A stretch of DNA of 62,909 nucleotides, filler included, from Octopus bimaculoides (Eukaryota), in assembly GCF_001194135.2 (NCBI RefSeq). It is 6 parts of 6 records of this genome, joined end to end, with 100 filler letters (N's around TTAATTAATTAA, not from the genome) between each part and the next. Parts side by side here need not be neighbours in the genome. Positions count along the whole stretch, not along the records: positions 1 to 29,708 come from NC_068981.1; positions 29,809 to 37,234 come from NC_068990.1; positions 37,335 to 49,647 come from NC_069006.1; 3 more parts are not named here. One strand, written 5' to 3'. The translations under genes were made by a program, and so were the position numbers. This document shows positions 28,622-41,993 of the stretch, piece by piece (position 1 is the first letter of the stretch; each line of letters starts with the position of its first letter). The notes beneath the pieces were generated by a model, which did not search any database, was not told where the DNA came from, and saw only the letters and a list, made by a program, of their open reading frames with translations.

Positions 28622-28785
28622 ATGGCTGTGTGGTAAGAAACTTCCAGTCTAACCACATGGTCCCGGGTTCAGTTCCACCGCCTACCACCTTGGGCAAGTA
28701 TCTTCTATGTCGCCTCGGATCGAATAAGACCTTGTGAGTGGATTTAGTAAGCGAAAACTTTAAGAAGCCCATGTGTGTGTGTTGA
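28622..28785 (+). mobile_element. SINE family B, 5' half
   Basis: atggctgtgtggtaagaaacttcc...aaccacatggtcccgggttcagttccacc...ccttgggcaagt. Confidence 0.8.
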
Positions 28786-28817
28786 TCTTATACATACATA
28801 CAGACAGACAGACAAAC

Positions 28818-28874
<57 letters not shown>

Positions 28875-29236
28875 CATAGACACATACATACATGCACATA
28901 TACATAAATAAACTTATATGACACATTTAGACATAGATACAAAAATGTCATTCATACACACGGACGGTCATGGTCTACAGAAACAGAAAATTATTTAAAT
29001 ACTTAAAATAACAAGCAAGCATTAAAACCAAAGGCGTTGGAAACGTAAACAATTTTATTCCACTAAATTTATTAAAGTAGAATACTTGTCATTGTAACTT
29101 TAATGACATTTTCACGATTGGATATCACATTCTCTGTATCACTTCGATTTGTAGACTGCAGATTCTGACAGTAAAATTGCTTCAAAGCATTGATTTCAAG
29201 CATTAAATAAAGTTTTCAATTTTTTTTTTATCAAAT

Positions 29237-29460
29237 TTAACGCTTTGGCATTCGGATTACTCTGTCACACATTTTGCTTATTTATTCATATTATTTTGAA
29301 CTGTTCATTTATAATCAAGTAGCTTTGATATCTAAATACGACTGTTTGTTTTAGAATGACATGGTGGGATAGGTGTGAGAGGTTGGATCTGCTCAGCTTT
29401 AACATAAAAGAGATAACATTTTTGGGTCAGGTATGGGCGGTTTTAATCCTACAGAGTTAT
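29237..29460. mobile_element. Degenerate MITE with TTAA-like ends (piggyBac-like)
   Basis: Ends ttaacgctttggcatt ... aatcctacagagttat form an imperfect inverted repeat (11/16). Single copy in the window. Confidence 0.35.
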
Positions 29461-29708
29461 GGCTGGTCCTGGTAAATTACAGTTATTTTGATAAATAGTG
29501 GCATCATAGCGTACATGAATACAATGTAAGCCTTCGCTCTGTTCATTCTGTCACCTGCTGATGAAGGTAACGTTTGTGCATTAAATTTTACAATACACAC
29601 AATTCTCTTTGGATCATTTTAGGTGAGCATACACACGAAGTCGCATACACACAAATATATATATATACACACACACACACATACACACACACATACATAC
29701 ACACACAC

Positions 29709-29808
29709 NNNNNNNNNNNNNNNNNNNNNNNNNNNNNNNNNNNNNNNNNNNNTTAATTAATTAANNNNNNNNNNNNNNNNNNNNNNNNNNNNNNNNNNNN
29801 NNNNNNNN
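29709..29808. other. 100-bp unsized scaffold gap with a TTAATTAATTAA spacer (also 37235-37334, 49648-49747, 53365-53464, 61275-61374)
   Basis: 44 N + TTAATTAATTAA + 44 N, repeated five times; an assembly convention. Confidence 0.95.
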
Positions 29809-31624
29809 ATTCACATTTATATTTTGGAAAATCCCCAACATATGGCGAAGCCACCGGCAGCAGCACGTGGCGCATCGGAGTACTTACAGCCAACGCCGAT
29901 CTAGCTTCCATAGCCGAATTAGTCGGGGGATTAGGGGTAAGTTAGTGATGTGTAAGAAAGGTCCGAACTCCAACGATCGAAATTTAGTTTGAGGTCACAA
30001 CTAAAAACTTGAAGATATTTAACTCGTCGTTGTACTATTCCCGCTAATCCGCCGCAATAATAATAACAATAATAATAATAATAATAATAATAAATGCTCT
30101 AATACAGCACCAGGGAGTGGCTTTCATGGCTTCTCATCTTAATTGGCTGGAAGTATTATCATGTACATTGTTTTGTCTTGGTATAAAAGATGGTTACATT
30201 ATTCTGTTCAATACCACAGATTTGCTTGTCAGTTGCTTGACCATAACCAGTTGAGCATGTCCCTTGGTGGCTGACGATATGTATATCTTTGATCACAAGC
30301 AGAAGTAGTTGGGGAGCATCACAGCCATGTGTTGAGAGGAATTCTTTAGGGTTTGGATAATTCACCTTTGGAAACATGGGTTCATCATCCTTAAACAACC
30401 TTTATTCAGGGACCTTTTGAGCGGGATAAGGCAAGGGTGACCTCGGCGGAATTTGAACCGAGAACGTAAAGAGTCAGAAGAAATGCTGCTAAGCACTTTG
30501 TCCGACGCGCGCTAACGATTCTGGGGGCAATCACTCTGTAGATTGCACTCAGTCTTTACCATGAAACAGATGTTGCACAAACCTAAGCAATTTTATATTG
30601 GCTAAACTGATGCGGTTCTCTTAAGAAGAACAACCATGCACCGACAAGAAGTGGACGCTACGAAACGTACTTCGTCAACTCCACTCAAGAATGAAACTAA
30701 TTATTTCAAAAATTCTGAAATAAGTAGCGAAAAACTCCACAAAATAAAAAATAAAAAACATAAACACAAATTCATTAACCTAATTCTTTTCATTAAAACG
30801 TTAACCATTCACTAAACAAAATGTCCAGTAACGATAGAGTTAAAAATAAACATACACACATATACACATACCGTATTTGTATTTACGTGAAACAAAATAT
30901 TTATATTAACAGGATATAACATACACACACATATACACACACACGCGTAAATATGTAGAAACATCTACAAACGCTCCTATTCATACACCACAACACATTA
31001 AGATTTTGTTCGCTGGGTACAGAGGGAAGTATCGAGGAAATCCCGATGGCGTCCGCCACCGCCACCAGCATCCTCGCCACCACGACTATCGTCGCTGCCA
31101 TCGCCCCCACCACGATTACCATCTTGCCGTTTTTGAGATCAAATTCTCACTGAGGTTGTTGCTCACAAATTATCTCAGTTATTTAAGCATTTAATCAACT
31201 AATAGTGTGTAAAAATAGGCCATGTCCGATCAATTATATTTCTTTGTGTTTTTAAGAAGAAAACCTTTCTGACTGGTCGCATCTCTTCACTACAATGTTG
31301 GACAGAGACAAAGGAAATAGGAAAATGTCCTCAATGGTTGGGGATCGTTATCGATCTTACAACTTTGATGTATCGATGTGAGAGAGCCGTTCTGCTTTGT
31401 ACTGGTTTAAATAGAGGTCGGTGTCGATTGTGTAGGCTTATAATGAAAGATGTTCCATCGGCGACGACCGTCTCAATTATTTTTTATTCAAACTTAATTG
31501 ATTCTTATGTCGATTTGAACATCCTGTTGTTCAGTGGTACCCCAGCATGGCCACAGCTCGCAGGTAGAAGAGTAAATGGACAATCTCTTCACTGAATTAG
31601 TTGAATATTCCCACAGAAATATAG

Positions 31625-31785
31625 CCCTTCAGATGAGCTTCTATACAGTTTCGATTCAGCCAAGCTCACCCACGTCGTTTTGCTTGCTCTGAGGCTATGA
31701 TAAATGAAACACAGTTGCAACGAACCCAGGATCTCATGGTTACAAAGTGAACTTCTTAACCATTGAGCCATGCATTTGTACACAG
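31625..31785 (-). mobile_element. SINE family B head fragment
   Basis: Degenerate homology to 24640-24795. Confidence 0.65.
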
Positions 31786-32282
31786 TAAATCAAAGCCTTA
31801 TTTTAAAACAGCAAAGTGTGTTTTAAAAGAGATTTTGTGGCTATACTCTGCAGGTCTAGAGATTGTTTTGTTGGCATTGTATCCTCCTATCCGATATAAG
31901 AAAACATAGTTAAGAGAAATTGGCATATTTAAGAGAGTGAGCTAAAAAGATCTAAATTAATGAATTTAAATGACATTCATGATGAAGAGAAAAGCTCTTT
32001 AAAAAAATATTTTTAACTCTAGATTACAACTACAAGGGGGGGGGGGACAACTTCGAAATGCAAGTTAATTAAAAATTGCACTGCGTCATACAGTTGGGTG
32101 TGAGTTTGATCTTTGGTAACTACAGTGACAACTCCGAGCATGTTTCAGCCTTATTAGATCACGTCAGTAAAACACGAGCCTACTTGTACATACCAAACCT
32201 TAGAATGCATGTGAACACAAATTATTTGATTGACAAAACATGCACTGATTGGGAAATTCAAAATAATCATTAGAGAATGACG

Positions 32283-32688
32283 AGGCGCAGGCATGGCTGT
32301 GTGGTAAGAAGTTTGCTTACCAACCACATGGTTTCAGGTTCAGTTCCACTCCATGGCACTTTGGACAAGTGTATTCTGCAGCAGTCCCAGGCTGACCAAT
32401 GTCTCGTGAGTGAATCTGGTGGACGGAAACTGTAATAAACCCGTCGTTTATATATGTGTGTATATATGTGTGTCTGTCGTTGTCTTTGTCTCCCCTTGTC
32501 ACTTGACGATCGGTGTCGGTTTATTTACGTCCCTATAACCTAGCAGTTCGGCAAAAGAGACCAACAGAATAAGTACCAAACTTTAAAAGGTAAGAACTGG
32601 GGTTGAGTGATTCGCAACTAAAAACCTTCAAGTTGATGCCCCAGCATGGCCATCGGCTAACGACTAAAACAAATAAAAGATAAAAAGA
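32283..32688 (+). mobile_element. Full-length SINE family B
   Basis: ggcgcaggcatggctgtgtggtaagaag...ccccagcatggcc...aaacaaataaaagataaaaag. Confidence 0.88.
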
Positions 32689-33229
32689 AAATTACCCTGT
32701 TGGCACCTTCTGCATGAGAGGCTAGTAGCTAAGTGCAATTGTGATAACTGATAACTGTCCAGGCATGTTTTCTATTCGATACCGTTACCGTCACATTCAC
32801 CTAATTTCTGGTAAGTAGAAAGAAGTCTCTGAGGAGATTAAATAACATCGAAACATCTCCGGAATTCTGCACCTTGCCTTTGACAAAGGTTTCTCACTTT
32901 TTTAAGGGTATTATTTAAATTTTACTTAGTATTTTTCGTCTTACTGTATTATTTATGTTAGTCTCCACTTGACTATATATTTCCCAAACAGGAGACACCC
33001 TGGGAAATTTCCACCCAGACTCCATATGACAATGTTTCTCAATGTCTACACGTTGTCTCCACAATCTCTCTTCCACTTTCTTTCTCTTCCTTTCTCCCTT
33101 CCTCTCCTTTTCTCCCTTCCTCTCCCTTTCTGTCTGTCTGTCTGTCTCTCAATCTCACATATACAGAGATGGATAATAATTGCCGTAATGGTGATTGTCA
33201 CAACTCCATAATGGTTGTCTGCCTGCCTG

Positions 33230-33344
<115 letters not shown>

Positions 33345-33689
33345 CTGTCGATCTGTCTGTGTGTCTACCTGCCTGCCTGTCCATGTACCTGTCTGACTGT
33401 CTGTCAGTCCTGGCCAGATGACAACAATTCTAATGGTTATTGTCACAACCACACAATCTGTCTGTCTGTCTGTCTGCCTGTCCTTGCTTGATGACCACCA
33501 CCACGGCACCAGGCCTCCACCAGGCTGACTCTCACACTCCCAGCTACACGGCCATGACGATTATAACAAGTCAGATCCAGAGAGCGTTATTACTTCAGCA
33601 TGGCTACCAAGGAGCCATATTTCAATATTATCTTTACCCACTTTGATATTGATTGCCATTGATATGAAGTGGTAGCGAAGTAGAGCTGA

Positions 33690-34059
33690 CAGTGGTAGTA
33701 GTAGTAGCGGTGGTGGTGGCGGCCATTGTGGTGGTGGCAGTTTTAGTAAAGACGCTGGTGTTGGCGGTTGGGGTGATGATATTAGAGATGGTGGCGGTGG
33801 AAGTATAGTGGTGGTGGTGGCGGTAGAGGTGGTGGTTTTGATGGAGGTATTGCTGGTGCTAACGGTGATGGTGGTGGTGGTGGTGACAGTGTTGCAGTTG
33901 TTGTTGATGGTGGAAGTATATGCTAATGTTAGTGGTTGTGGTGATGATGATGATGAGTCTGGCGGGGTGGCTGTGGTGACGGTTACAGAGGTGGTGGCTG
34001 GGTGGTACTTGTGATTATAGAGGTGGTGATTGTTGTTACTATGGTGATGGTGGAACTTC

Positions 34060-34091
<32 letters not shown>

Positions 34092-34560
34092 CAAGTAGTG
34101 GTGGTGGTGGTAGTGATGGTGGTGGTAGTGATGGTGGTGGTAGTGATGGTGGTGGTAGTGATGGTTGATATGATGACGGTAGCTTGTGATGGTGATATAG
34201 TTTAAACTGTGACAGTAACCATGGTTACAGCGCAGAAAATCTTTAGTAGCAATAGTGGTGGTGGTGGTGGTGGTGGTGTGGATATATTTATGTTAGTGGA
34301 ATGCTGTGGTGTCGTGGTAGAGATGCAGGGAAGGTGGTGGCGGCGGTGAGAGAGAACGCGTGGTTTGGTGGTGTGATGGGGATGGCGTTGGTGGTGGTAG
34401 AAGTGGTTTTAGTGGTGGTGGTGGTGGTGGTGTAGGTATGGCATGGTAGTGGTGAGTGTAGCAGCACAATGGTAGTGGCGGTGGAGGTGGTTGTTGTGAT
34501 GGTATTGACAGTGGTGGCGGTAATAGTGGTGATGGTTAGGGTGACCATGTTGGCGATGGA
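33690..34560. repeat. Degenerate (GTG/GTA/GAT)n low-complexity tract
   Basis: G/T-rich, nearly C-free run of imperfect trinucleotides. Confidence 0.85.
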
Positions 34561-34774
34561 CGAGTTTTCAGTTTTTCCAACAAGATTTTCAAATGAAGAC
34601 AACACGAACGCACACAAAGCAAACACGTACATACTCACACATGCATATACGCATCCATACATGCACACATGTATACATATGTAAACACACACACACACAC
34701 ATACACAATAATTAAAGTCTATACCAAAAGTATATGAAGAAACTTATAGCTGCATGAAATCCGGCCATGGATGG

Positions 34775-35960
34775 TTAAAACTCGAAGACTATTGGTCATC
34801 GAATGAAATTTCCAATCAATAGTGATGTTAACCGTCTCTGACTAAAACGGAAATAAAGAGGAAAAAGTTTACGATCGATTCAAACAGTATTTGAATGCCG
34901 CATCCCTTCGATAGCATTTGCAAATTACTAAGCGTCGAAATGTATGCCATACTTGGTCCTCCATAAATAAAGTATGGCACACAGGAAGGAAGTGGTATCT
35001 TAAGATTAGGAAATCTGGAAAAACGGAATACTTTCCCGAGCATTTTGGAAAATATTTCCCGAGTGAAGACCAGGAGTGAAGACACTTAAAGAAGTCGTAT
35101 GGATCTTCTGCAACAGAAGATAAAATACCTTCTGCTTGTCAGCAGAAGATCGTGCGTCAGTGTGTTTTCAGAAAACTTCAAAGTAGCAGCAAAATAAATG
35201 ACCAAAGAAGTCTGTCTTAGTCAAAGGACCGGTATGTTAGCTCTCATTTTAAGGGGTATGCACTTACTATCCGGGAATAGGAAACAAAATAGGTGGGGAT
35301 ACAGGTAACACCTATATGCGACAACCGATGTAAATTCTGTGGAATTTATTCCAAAGATGGAACCCACATTATAAGAAGCTGAAAGTGTCATCACTTGACT
35401 ATCTTATTTAGTGTTTCTCATCTGTGGAAAGGGCCCGTTGTGAAGAAAACCCTGAAACGGTGGGCATGTTCTCCTGATGACTCCTGAAACCTACCAGCGT
35501 CCGATATGCGGTGCTTTCGATTGGCAGCACTTGTACAAACAAGCTGTTTGGAAGTCTCTATGGAGCATGATGTCGCAGTTGAAACAGTGTACAGTGCAAT
35601 CTGTAAAATGAATAGTACTGAATAACAAAATATTATAAGTTACAGTGACGAAGAGGGGACATTCACCCACAATACTAAAAGGAAAAAAATACTGGTGAGA
35701 TATGAACATTGAAGTCTTTGTAAAATATAAGGGTAGCTGACCAAACATACTGGATAAGACGGAAGAGAACAGAAAGTAATTTATGGTTGTAGACACGAGT
35801 TGTATTATTGATGCTAACATAGAGTTAAAAATAAACGAAAAGAGATAATCTATGCCAAACTGCTGCTGAGATATACTACACATTAAATATACCAAATGCG
35901 GATTATGAAGTTAGTTATAACTGTGTGATTAATGAAAGATTTGGTTATGTAATTTACTGC
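34775..35960 (+). mobile_element. Decayed R4/Dong-like (RLE) LINE, 3' part
   Basis: FPINSDVNRL*LKRK*RGKSLRSIQT; SSHFKGYALTIRE*E; CDNRCKFCGIYSKDGTHII (CCHC); MEHDVAVETVYSAI; KYW*D...VDTSCIIDANI (RLE). Confidence 0.8.
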
Positions 35961-35999
35961 ATCAGGAGAAATCTTGAGAAACACCTGAGTATATACTCC

Positions 36000-36720
36000 A
36001 CATGCAGTTTAAAGGACACCAAAAGCGTGTGACAAGAGGAGTAGTTGCCGTACCCTTGCTAGTGATATATGCACTGCATATCATCGTTCGTTATTCAGGA
36101 ACAGGAGAGAGCTATTAAATATCTGATCACCAAAAGAGATAAAATGTCGAATGTTACGAATCAGTGTCGAAGGTGTAATCCATGTCGCCAACCAACTTCC
36201 TCCCCTCAAACACCTGCGGGGTATTACCTTACAATGCAACCTGATAGTGTTGCCAAAAAATATTTACAGTGCTAACATCTAGAAGGATTGCTTGACAGTT
36301 GTATCAAAGCACATCAAAACCAAGATGTGTGCATACCTTTAAAAATAAGGAATGCGGCAGAAACATTCCAGTAAAAACACGAACCCTGTAAAATAGTAAC
36401 ACACCCAGCATTGTTGTGTGTGACAAGGAACAAAAATCATGTAATGTTGTAGAGATCAGCTGAGCAACGGATGAAAATATTTCGAGCAAAGTCTTAGAGA
36501 AAGAGAATAACTATGGCGAACTATTGCAGGAATTAGAACCTGGTATCCCGGCTATGAATTCACCTTTGTTCTTGTTGTCTTAGCTGCATTAGGCTTTGGA
36601 GCAACGAATTCTCATATAAATTTAGAAATACTGGTGTCTTCTAAGAAACAACAAAACACTCCAGCTCGAATCCTCTGAATCCAATCGATTTTTAGAGAAA
36701 TGAAGATTCCAAAGATTCTC
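36000..36720 (+). mobile_element. Second R4/Dong-like LINE 3' fragment, directly downstream of the first
   Basis: FVIQEQERAIKYLITKRD...NQCRRC; YYLTMQPDSVAK; NTPSIVVCDKEQKSCNVVEIS*ATDENISSKVLEKENNYGELLQEL (RLE-type motif). Confidence 0.8.
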
Positions 36721-37167
36721 CATTTCCAGTTCCTGGAATAAACGTATACACTCAATCGTGTAAGTGCATATAGTATGCACACGTACATAAATAGAGAGTA
36801 TACACACACAGACCCACAGACATTCTTGTGTACTAAAGGGACCTTCACTATACGGATGTATATAAATCTATACACATATCTATATACACACCGGTCCATG
36901 CATACAAGTACATTAATTGCTTCGCACATTCACATGGTCTGGAACTGTCTTACAAAAAAAAAAAAAGAAAGAAACAAAGAGAAAAGCCTTGTTACTTAGT
37001 GACCCGTTTGTTTTCACAAAGATACGTACGTAAACATACATGCACGCACACATACATTCAGATAAACATGCATACATATATATACATACATACACACAAA
37101 TGTACATATATCCAATTACACACATATACATGCATTCTAATATTTCGCTTAAGCATAGCAATACTCA

Positions 37168-37234
<67 letters not shown>

Positions 37235-37374
37235 NNNNNNNNNNNNNNNNNNNNNNNNNNNNNNNNNNNNNNNNNNNNTTAATTAATTAANNNNNNNNNN
37301 NNNNNNNNNNNNNNNNNNNNNNNNNNNNNNNNNNGTTCCAAAGAATATAATAAGAAATAAATAAATGCTTTTTA

Positions 37375-37610
37375 AAGCCTAGCGAGGCTCATGGGCCCGG
37401 TTCCCCGTTTTCAATGGCGTATGTGTTCCTCAGCTGGATGGGACGCCAGTCCATCGCAGCGTTAGTTATTTTTGCCAGCTGAATGGACTGGAGCAACGTG
37501 AAATGAAGTGTTTTGCTCAAGAACACAACGCGTCGCCCGGTCCAGGAATCGAAACCACAATCTTACGATCATGATGCTGACACCCTTACCACTGAGCCAC
37601 GTGCCTCCAC
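37375..37610 (-). mobile_element. SINE family D with V-SINE-like tail
   Basis: On minus: gtggaggcacgtggctcagtgg...ggtttcgattcc...cacttcatttcacgttgctccagtcc...gcgatggactggcgtcccatccag. The V-like label is from memory. Confidence 0.85.
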
Positions 37611-37721
37611 AAATGAATATAATAGTACACTCTACACCAAGTACCGGGTACCCAAATCGATTTTCATTGACGTACCCCACCATCTGAATGTGTTCATGCA
37701 TGCATACATACACACATACAC

Positions 37722-37754
<33 letters not shown>

Positions 37755-38044
37755 CACACATACGTACATATAGATATGCAACTATATACACTAGAATACA
37801 TACATAAGGCAAAACATAAGTCTGCACATATACATACATACATACATACATACACACATGTATGAATGCATGCATGCTCACATAAGTACATACATACATA
37901 CATACATACATACAAACGAAAAACCCAGTTGTTGATGTTGAAATTTCAATGAAGGAGCCTTGAATCTAGGTTAGAAACCGGATCCTTATCTATTGTTAAG
38001 AAATCTTGAAATAAAAGTGAAGAATGATATACATACTTACATAC

Positions 38045-38372
38045 AATCAAACAAATAAACAAATGTCCATGGGATTGCACCTAGAAAGTTCCCCTCCGAG
38101 GCACAAGTCCGGGATAGGTTGTTTATGGATGACCAGCAGTCGTCCATGCGTACCTGCCTCCCTTCCCCACACCACTATCGAAGAAAAAGGCAAAGTCTGA
38201 TACAGCTTGGCACCAGTGACGTCGTAATACATCTCTACGGCTGAGTGGACCAGAGCATCGTGAAATAAGACGTGTTGCTCATGAACACAACACAGAGTCC
38301 GATCCAGGAGTAGTCCTCACTACCTCAGGATTGCGAGCCCAACGGTCTAACCATTGAGCCGTGCGCTTTCAA
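38045..38372 (-). mobile_element. SINE with D-like head and a third tail type
   Basis: On minus: gcacggctcaatggttagaccg...gagcaacacgtcttatttcacgatgctc, then gacgtcactggtgccaagctgtatc...ggtgcaatcccatgg. Confidence 0.7.
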
Positions 38373-38671
38373 AACGCACACACAGACATATATATATATA
38401 TATATATATANNNNNNNNNNNNNNNNNNNNNNNNNNNNNNNNNNNNNNNNNNNNNNNNNNNNNNNNNNNNNNNNNNNNNNNNNNNNNNNNNNNNNNNNNN
38501 NNNNNNNNNNNNNNNNNNNNNNNNNNNNNNNNNNNNNNNNNNNNNNNNNNNNNNNNNNNNNNNNNNNNNNNNNNNNNNNNNNNNNNNNNNNNNNNNNNNN
38601 NNNNNNNNNNNNNNNNNNNNNNNNNNNNNNNNNNNNNNNNNNNNNNNNNNNNNNNNNNNNNNNNNNNNNNN

Positions 38672-38713
<42 letters not shown>

Positions 38714-38744
38714 TGGGGGGGTACTCCGTGAAATCCACGACAGT

Positions 38745-39870
38745 GGATTGAGTGTTTCCTAGAAAACAGAACACATGTTATGATCGGTGGAATCCACTCG
38801 AGGCCAGCAAAAGTCACCAGCGGTGTCCCTTAGGGGACCGTATTGAGTCCGCTTCTGTTTATAGTCTATGTAAACGACATTTCCAGCGTCATAAAACACA
38901 GCAAAGTAAAAATATTCACTGATGACTCCAAGCTCCAGACAATTATCAATGGAGAAGAAGACCGAAATGGACTCTAGTCTGATCTACAATGCTGTAAGCC
39001 AATGGACGGACAAAAGAGATATGTGATCTGATGCATTTTGGAAGAAAGACTAAGCTAAAACAGCCATATTCTCTTCCTTCAGGGGAACCACTCACAACAT
39101 CTAATAATATGAGAGACCTAGGAGTAATTGTTGATGACAATCTCAGCTGGAGACCCCACATCAACAATAAGTTCGATATGGCTCGTAGGATGAGCTCCTG
39201 GATCTTAATAACCTTCCGGCCCAAAGAACAAGGTGTCATCATTCCTCCTTTCTTCTCCTTTGTACAGCCACACCTCGAATACTGCTGCTCCCTGTGGTCT
39301 CCCCATACAAAACAAAACATTTTGAAAACTGAATCACCCCAGTGGTCATTCACTAAAAGAATTAAGGGCACGACTGATCTCGGTTATGGGGACCGCCTTA
39401 AAGCATTGAAACTCTATTCTGTCAAGTGCCGCCGTGAGCGATAAATCATTTTCACGATGTGGAGAATACACCACCAGCCTTGCCCAGACGTCCTGAACAT
39501 TAGCTTCAAAATTCGCCCAAGGTTAGGACCCCGGGCTATACGTCCTCTACCAAATTCAGGATCACAACATATAAAAACACTGAAGCATAATTCCTTTTCT
39601 TCCCTATTTGATATTGTCCTCAAAGAGGAAAAGGATCCCATCACCTTTAAACGGAATCTGGACAAATTTCTTCAAGGAATACCTTAAAAGACACCTATAC
39701 CTAGATAATTACTCACTCAACAAGAACTCTCGACTCGAATGGATCATGATGCCACAAAACTTGACTTAAAAAGGATTTAGCTAATCCTATCAGGTGACGC
39801 TATCAAGTTAGACATGGCCTGGACCAATCTTTGGCCGAATCATATCTAAGTTATCTAAGTTATTTAAATT
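38745..39870 (+). mobile_element. 5'-truncated CR1/L2-group LINE (RT C-terminus and 3' end)
   Basis: VTSGVP*GTVLSPLLFIVYVND...IFTDDSK; RDLGVIVDDNLSWRPHI; VQPHLEYCCSLWSPH; RLKALKLYS..RRER. Ends in atctaagtt tandem repeats. Confidence 0.92.
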
Positions 39871-40371
39871 ACACACACACACACACACACAAAGAGAGAG
39901 AGAGAGAGAGAGACTAACAGACAGACAAAATGGCAGAATGAAGAAAAAAGCGATACATACGGATAGATACGTACACACACACAAAAGCATATTAATATAG
40001 CCAGACACACACACACACACACCCTTCATATATGCATTTGTACTTGTGTCTGTATATACATATGTATCTACAGTATATGTCTATACATACACAACATATA
40101 TATATATATATATCGCACTTAATCTCTCTTCCGCCATCGTAATAATTTAGAATATTTTAATATTTTACTCCTGGGAAGGAAACGAAACCAGACTGAAAAT
40201 GGCGGAAAACCCAGAGGTGATATCAGCGTTGCTTTGATATTTTGCATAGTTTAGGAATGTACTGAAAGACCTTACTTAACGAATCATGAAAATTTATAAC
40301 TGAAAATTGAATTTGAATTAATTTGCATAGAAATAGATGCCTTTCTCACTTAATAAACTTCAACAAACTAA

Positions 40372-40410
<39 letters not shown>

Positions 40411-40454
40411 GTTGTAGAATACGTGTGATGTTTAGATTTATGAGTAAGTCCCTT

Positions 40455-40700
40455 TCTTTTTTTCTCTTGTTTCAGACATCGGAGTGCAGCCATGCTGGAG
40501 CACACCTTGGAGGGTTTAGTCCATCACTCTGCATATAGACTGGCATGGATGTGTGCTTGAGAAGATTGCATTGCAACCCCTAGGTTTGAAGTTCAGTCCC
40601 ACTGCGTGGCACTTTGAATAATAGGTGTTTTATAATTTAGCCTCGAGCAAACTAAAGCCTTCTGAGTGAATTTTGAAGTCAGAAATTGGAAGAAAAACCA
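40455..40700 (-). mobile_element. SINE family B, internally deleted
   Basis: Tail tgtttcagacatcggagtgcagccatgctggagcac joined to head gttcagtcccactgcgtggcactttg. Confidence 0.7.
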
Positions 40701-40746
40701 TCGTATATATATATGTATATGTATGCAAATATATGTATATACATAT

Positions 40747-40802
<56 letters not shown>

Positions 40803-41308
40803 NNNNNNNNNNNNNNNNNNNNNNNNNNNNNNNNNNNNNNNNNNNNNNNNNNNNNNNNNNNNNNNNNNNNNNNNNNNNNNNNNNNNNNNNNNNNNNNNNN
40901 NNNNNNNNNNNNNNNNNNNNNNNNNNNNNNNNNNNNNNNNNNNNNNNNNNNNNNNNNNNNNNNNNNNNNNNNNNNNNNNNNNNNNNNNNNNNNNNNNNNN
41001 NNNNNNNNNNNNNNNNNNNNNNNNNNNNNNNNNNNNNNNNNNNNNNNNNNNNNNNNNNNNNNNNNNNNNNNNNNNNNNNNNNNNNNNNNNNNNNNNNNNN
41101 NNNNNNNNNNNNNNNNNNNNNNNNNNNNNNNNNNNNNNNNNNNNNNNNNNNNNNNNNNNNNNNNNNNNNNNNNNNNNNNNNNNNNNNNNNNNNNNNNNNN
41201 NNNNNNNNNNNNNNNNNNNNNNNNNNNNNNNNNNNNNNNNNNNNNNNNNNNNNNNNNNNNNNNNNNNNNNNNNNNNNNNNNNNNNNNNNNNNNNNNNNNN
41301 NNNNNNNN

Positions 41309-41355
<47 letters not shown>

Positions 41356-41398
41356 TATGAATGGTAAGTGAGACGATAATAAACAGTGATTTTTTTAC

Positions 41399-41573
41399 CT
41401 TAAAGACGGCATTGGCCCATTCTTTAAATGATTCCTCCTGGGCCGAGAGTTCATCTCCTTCAATCATGGGGGAGACTCTTTCTGCCCCCAAATCACTAAA
41501 CACTTTGTTCAGGTAATGACCGAAAGCGCAAAAATTGGGGTATGCACGTGACCCCAGACCAAAGACAGAATAT
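41399..41573 (-). CDS. NOS: NOS exon: C-terminal part of the FMN domain
   Basis: YSVFGLGSRAYPNFCAFGHYLNKVFSDLGAERVSPMIEGDELSAQEESFKEWANAVFK. Acceptor ttctacttctccttgcag, donor gtaaaa, 175 nt, phases 2/0. Contains the NOS signature FGLGSRAYP.FCAF. Confidence 0.97.
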
Positions 41574-41639
41574 CTGCAAGGAGAAGTAGAAAGAAACATA
41601 ACGAACGAAAATGGATTTTGGTTTTAACTCAGCTGTTCT

Positions 41640-41800
41640 GAAGACACATGACCTAGTGGTTAAGACGCTGCATCCACGATGACAAGGTTATGGTTTCAAT
41701 TCTCAGAGCGGGTGGTGCAGTGTATTCTTGTGTAAAACACTTCATTTTATGTTTCTCCAATCCACTCAACTGTAAAGAGTGACCCCTGGAACGAATTGGT
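41640..41800 (+). mobile_element. Degenerate SINE family D, about 65 bp from the NOS acceptor at 41573
   Basis: gacctagtggttaag...ggtttcaattctc...aaacacttcattttatgtttctccaatccactcaactg. Confidence 0.7.
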
Positions 41801-41993
41801 ACACCATGGTAACCTGATAATCGTCCCTATGAATCCAAGGGCTTGAAACTGTAACGTCTAGGGATTTTGTTCAAGTTGTCTTGGTTATGTGTTGTTCTGT
41901 TATAACTATTGACCACATTGCTTTTACAGGCATCTTTCATGATCGACCTGTTTGAAAAATCATCTAGAGCTGTCCCTAAATCATATTATACAC

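Noticed and set aside
29753-29764. TTAATTAATTAA palindrome recurring five times
   Set aside because: Always centred in a 100-bp N block; an assembly spacer, not biology.
31361-31471. 111-nt open phase 0/0 segment with a GTAAGA donor on minus
   Set aside because: The acceptor is GAG with an A-rich upstream region and no pyrimidine tract, and the peptide does not resemble NOS.
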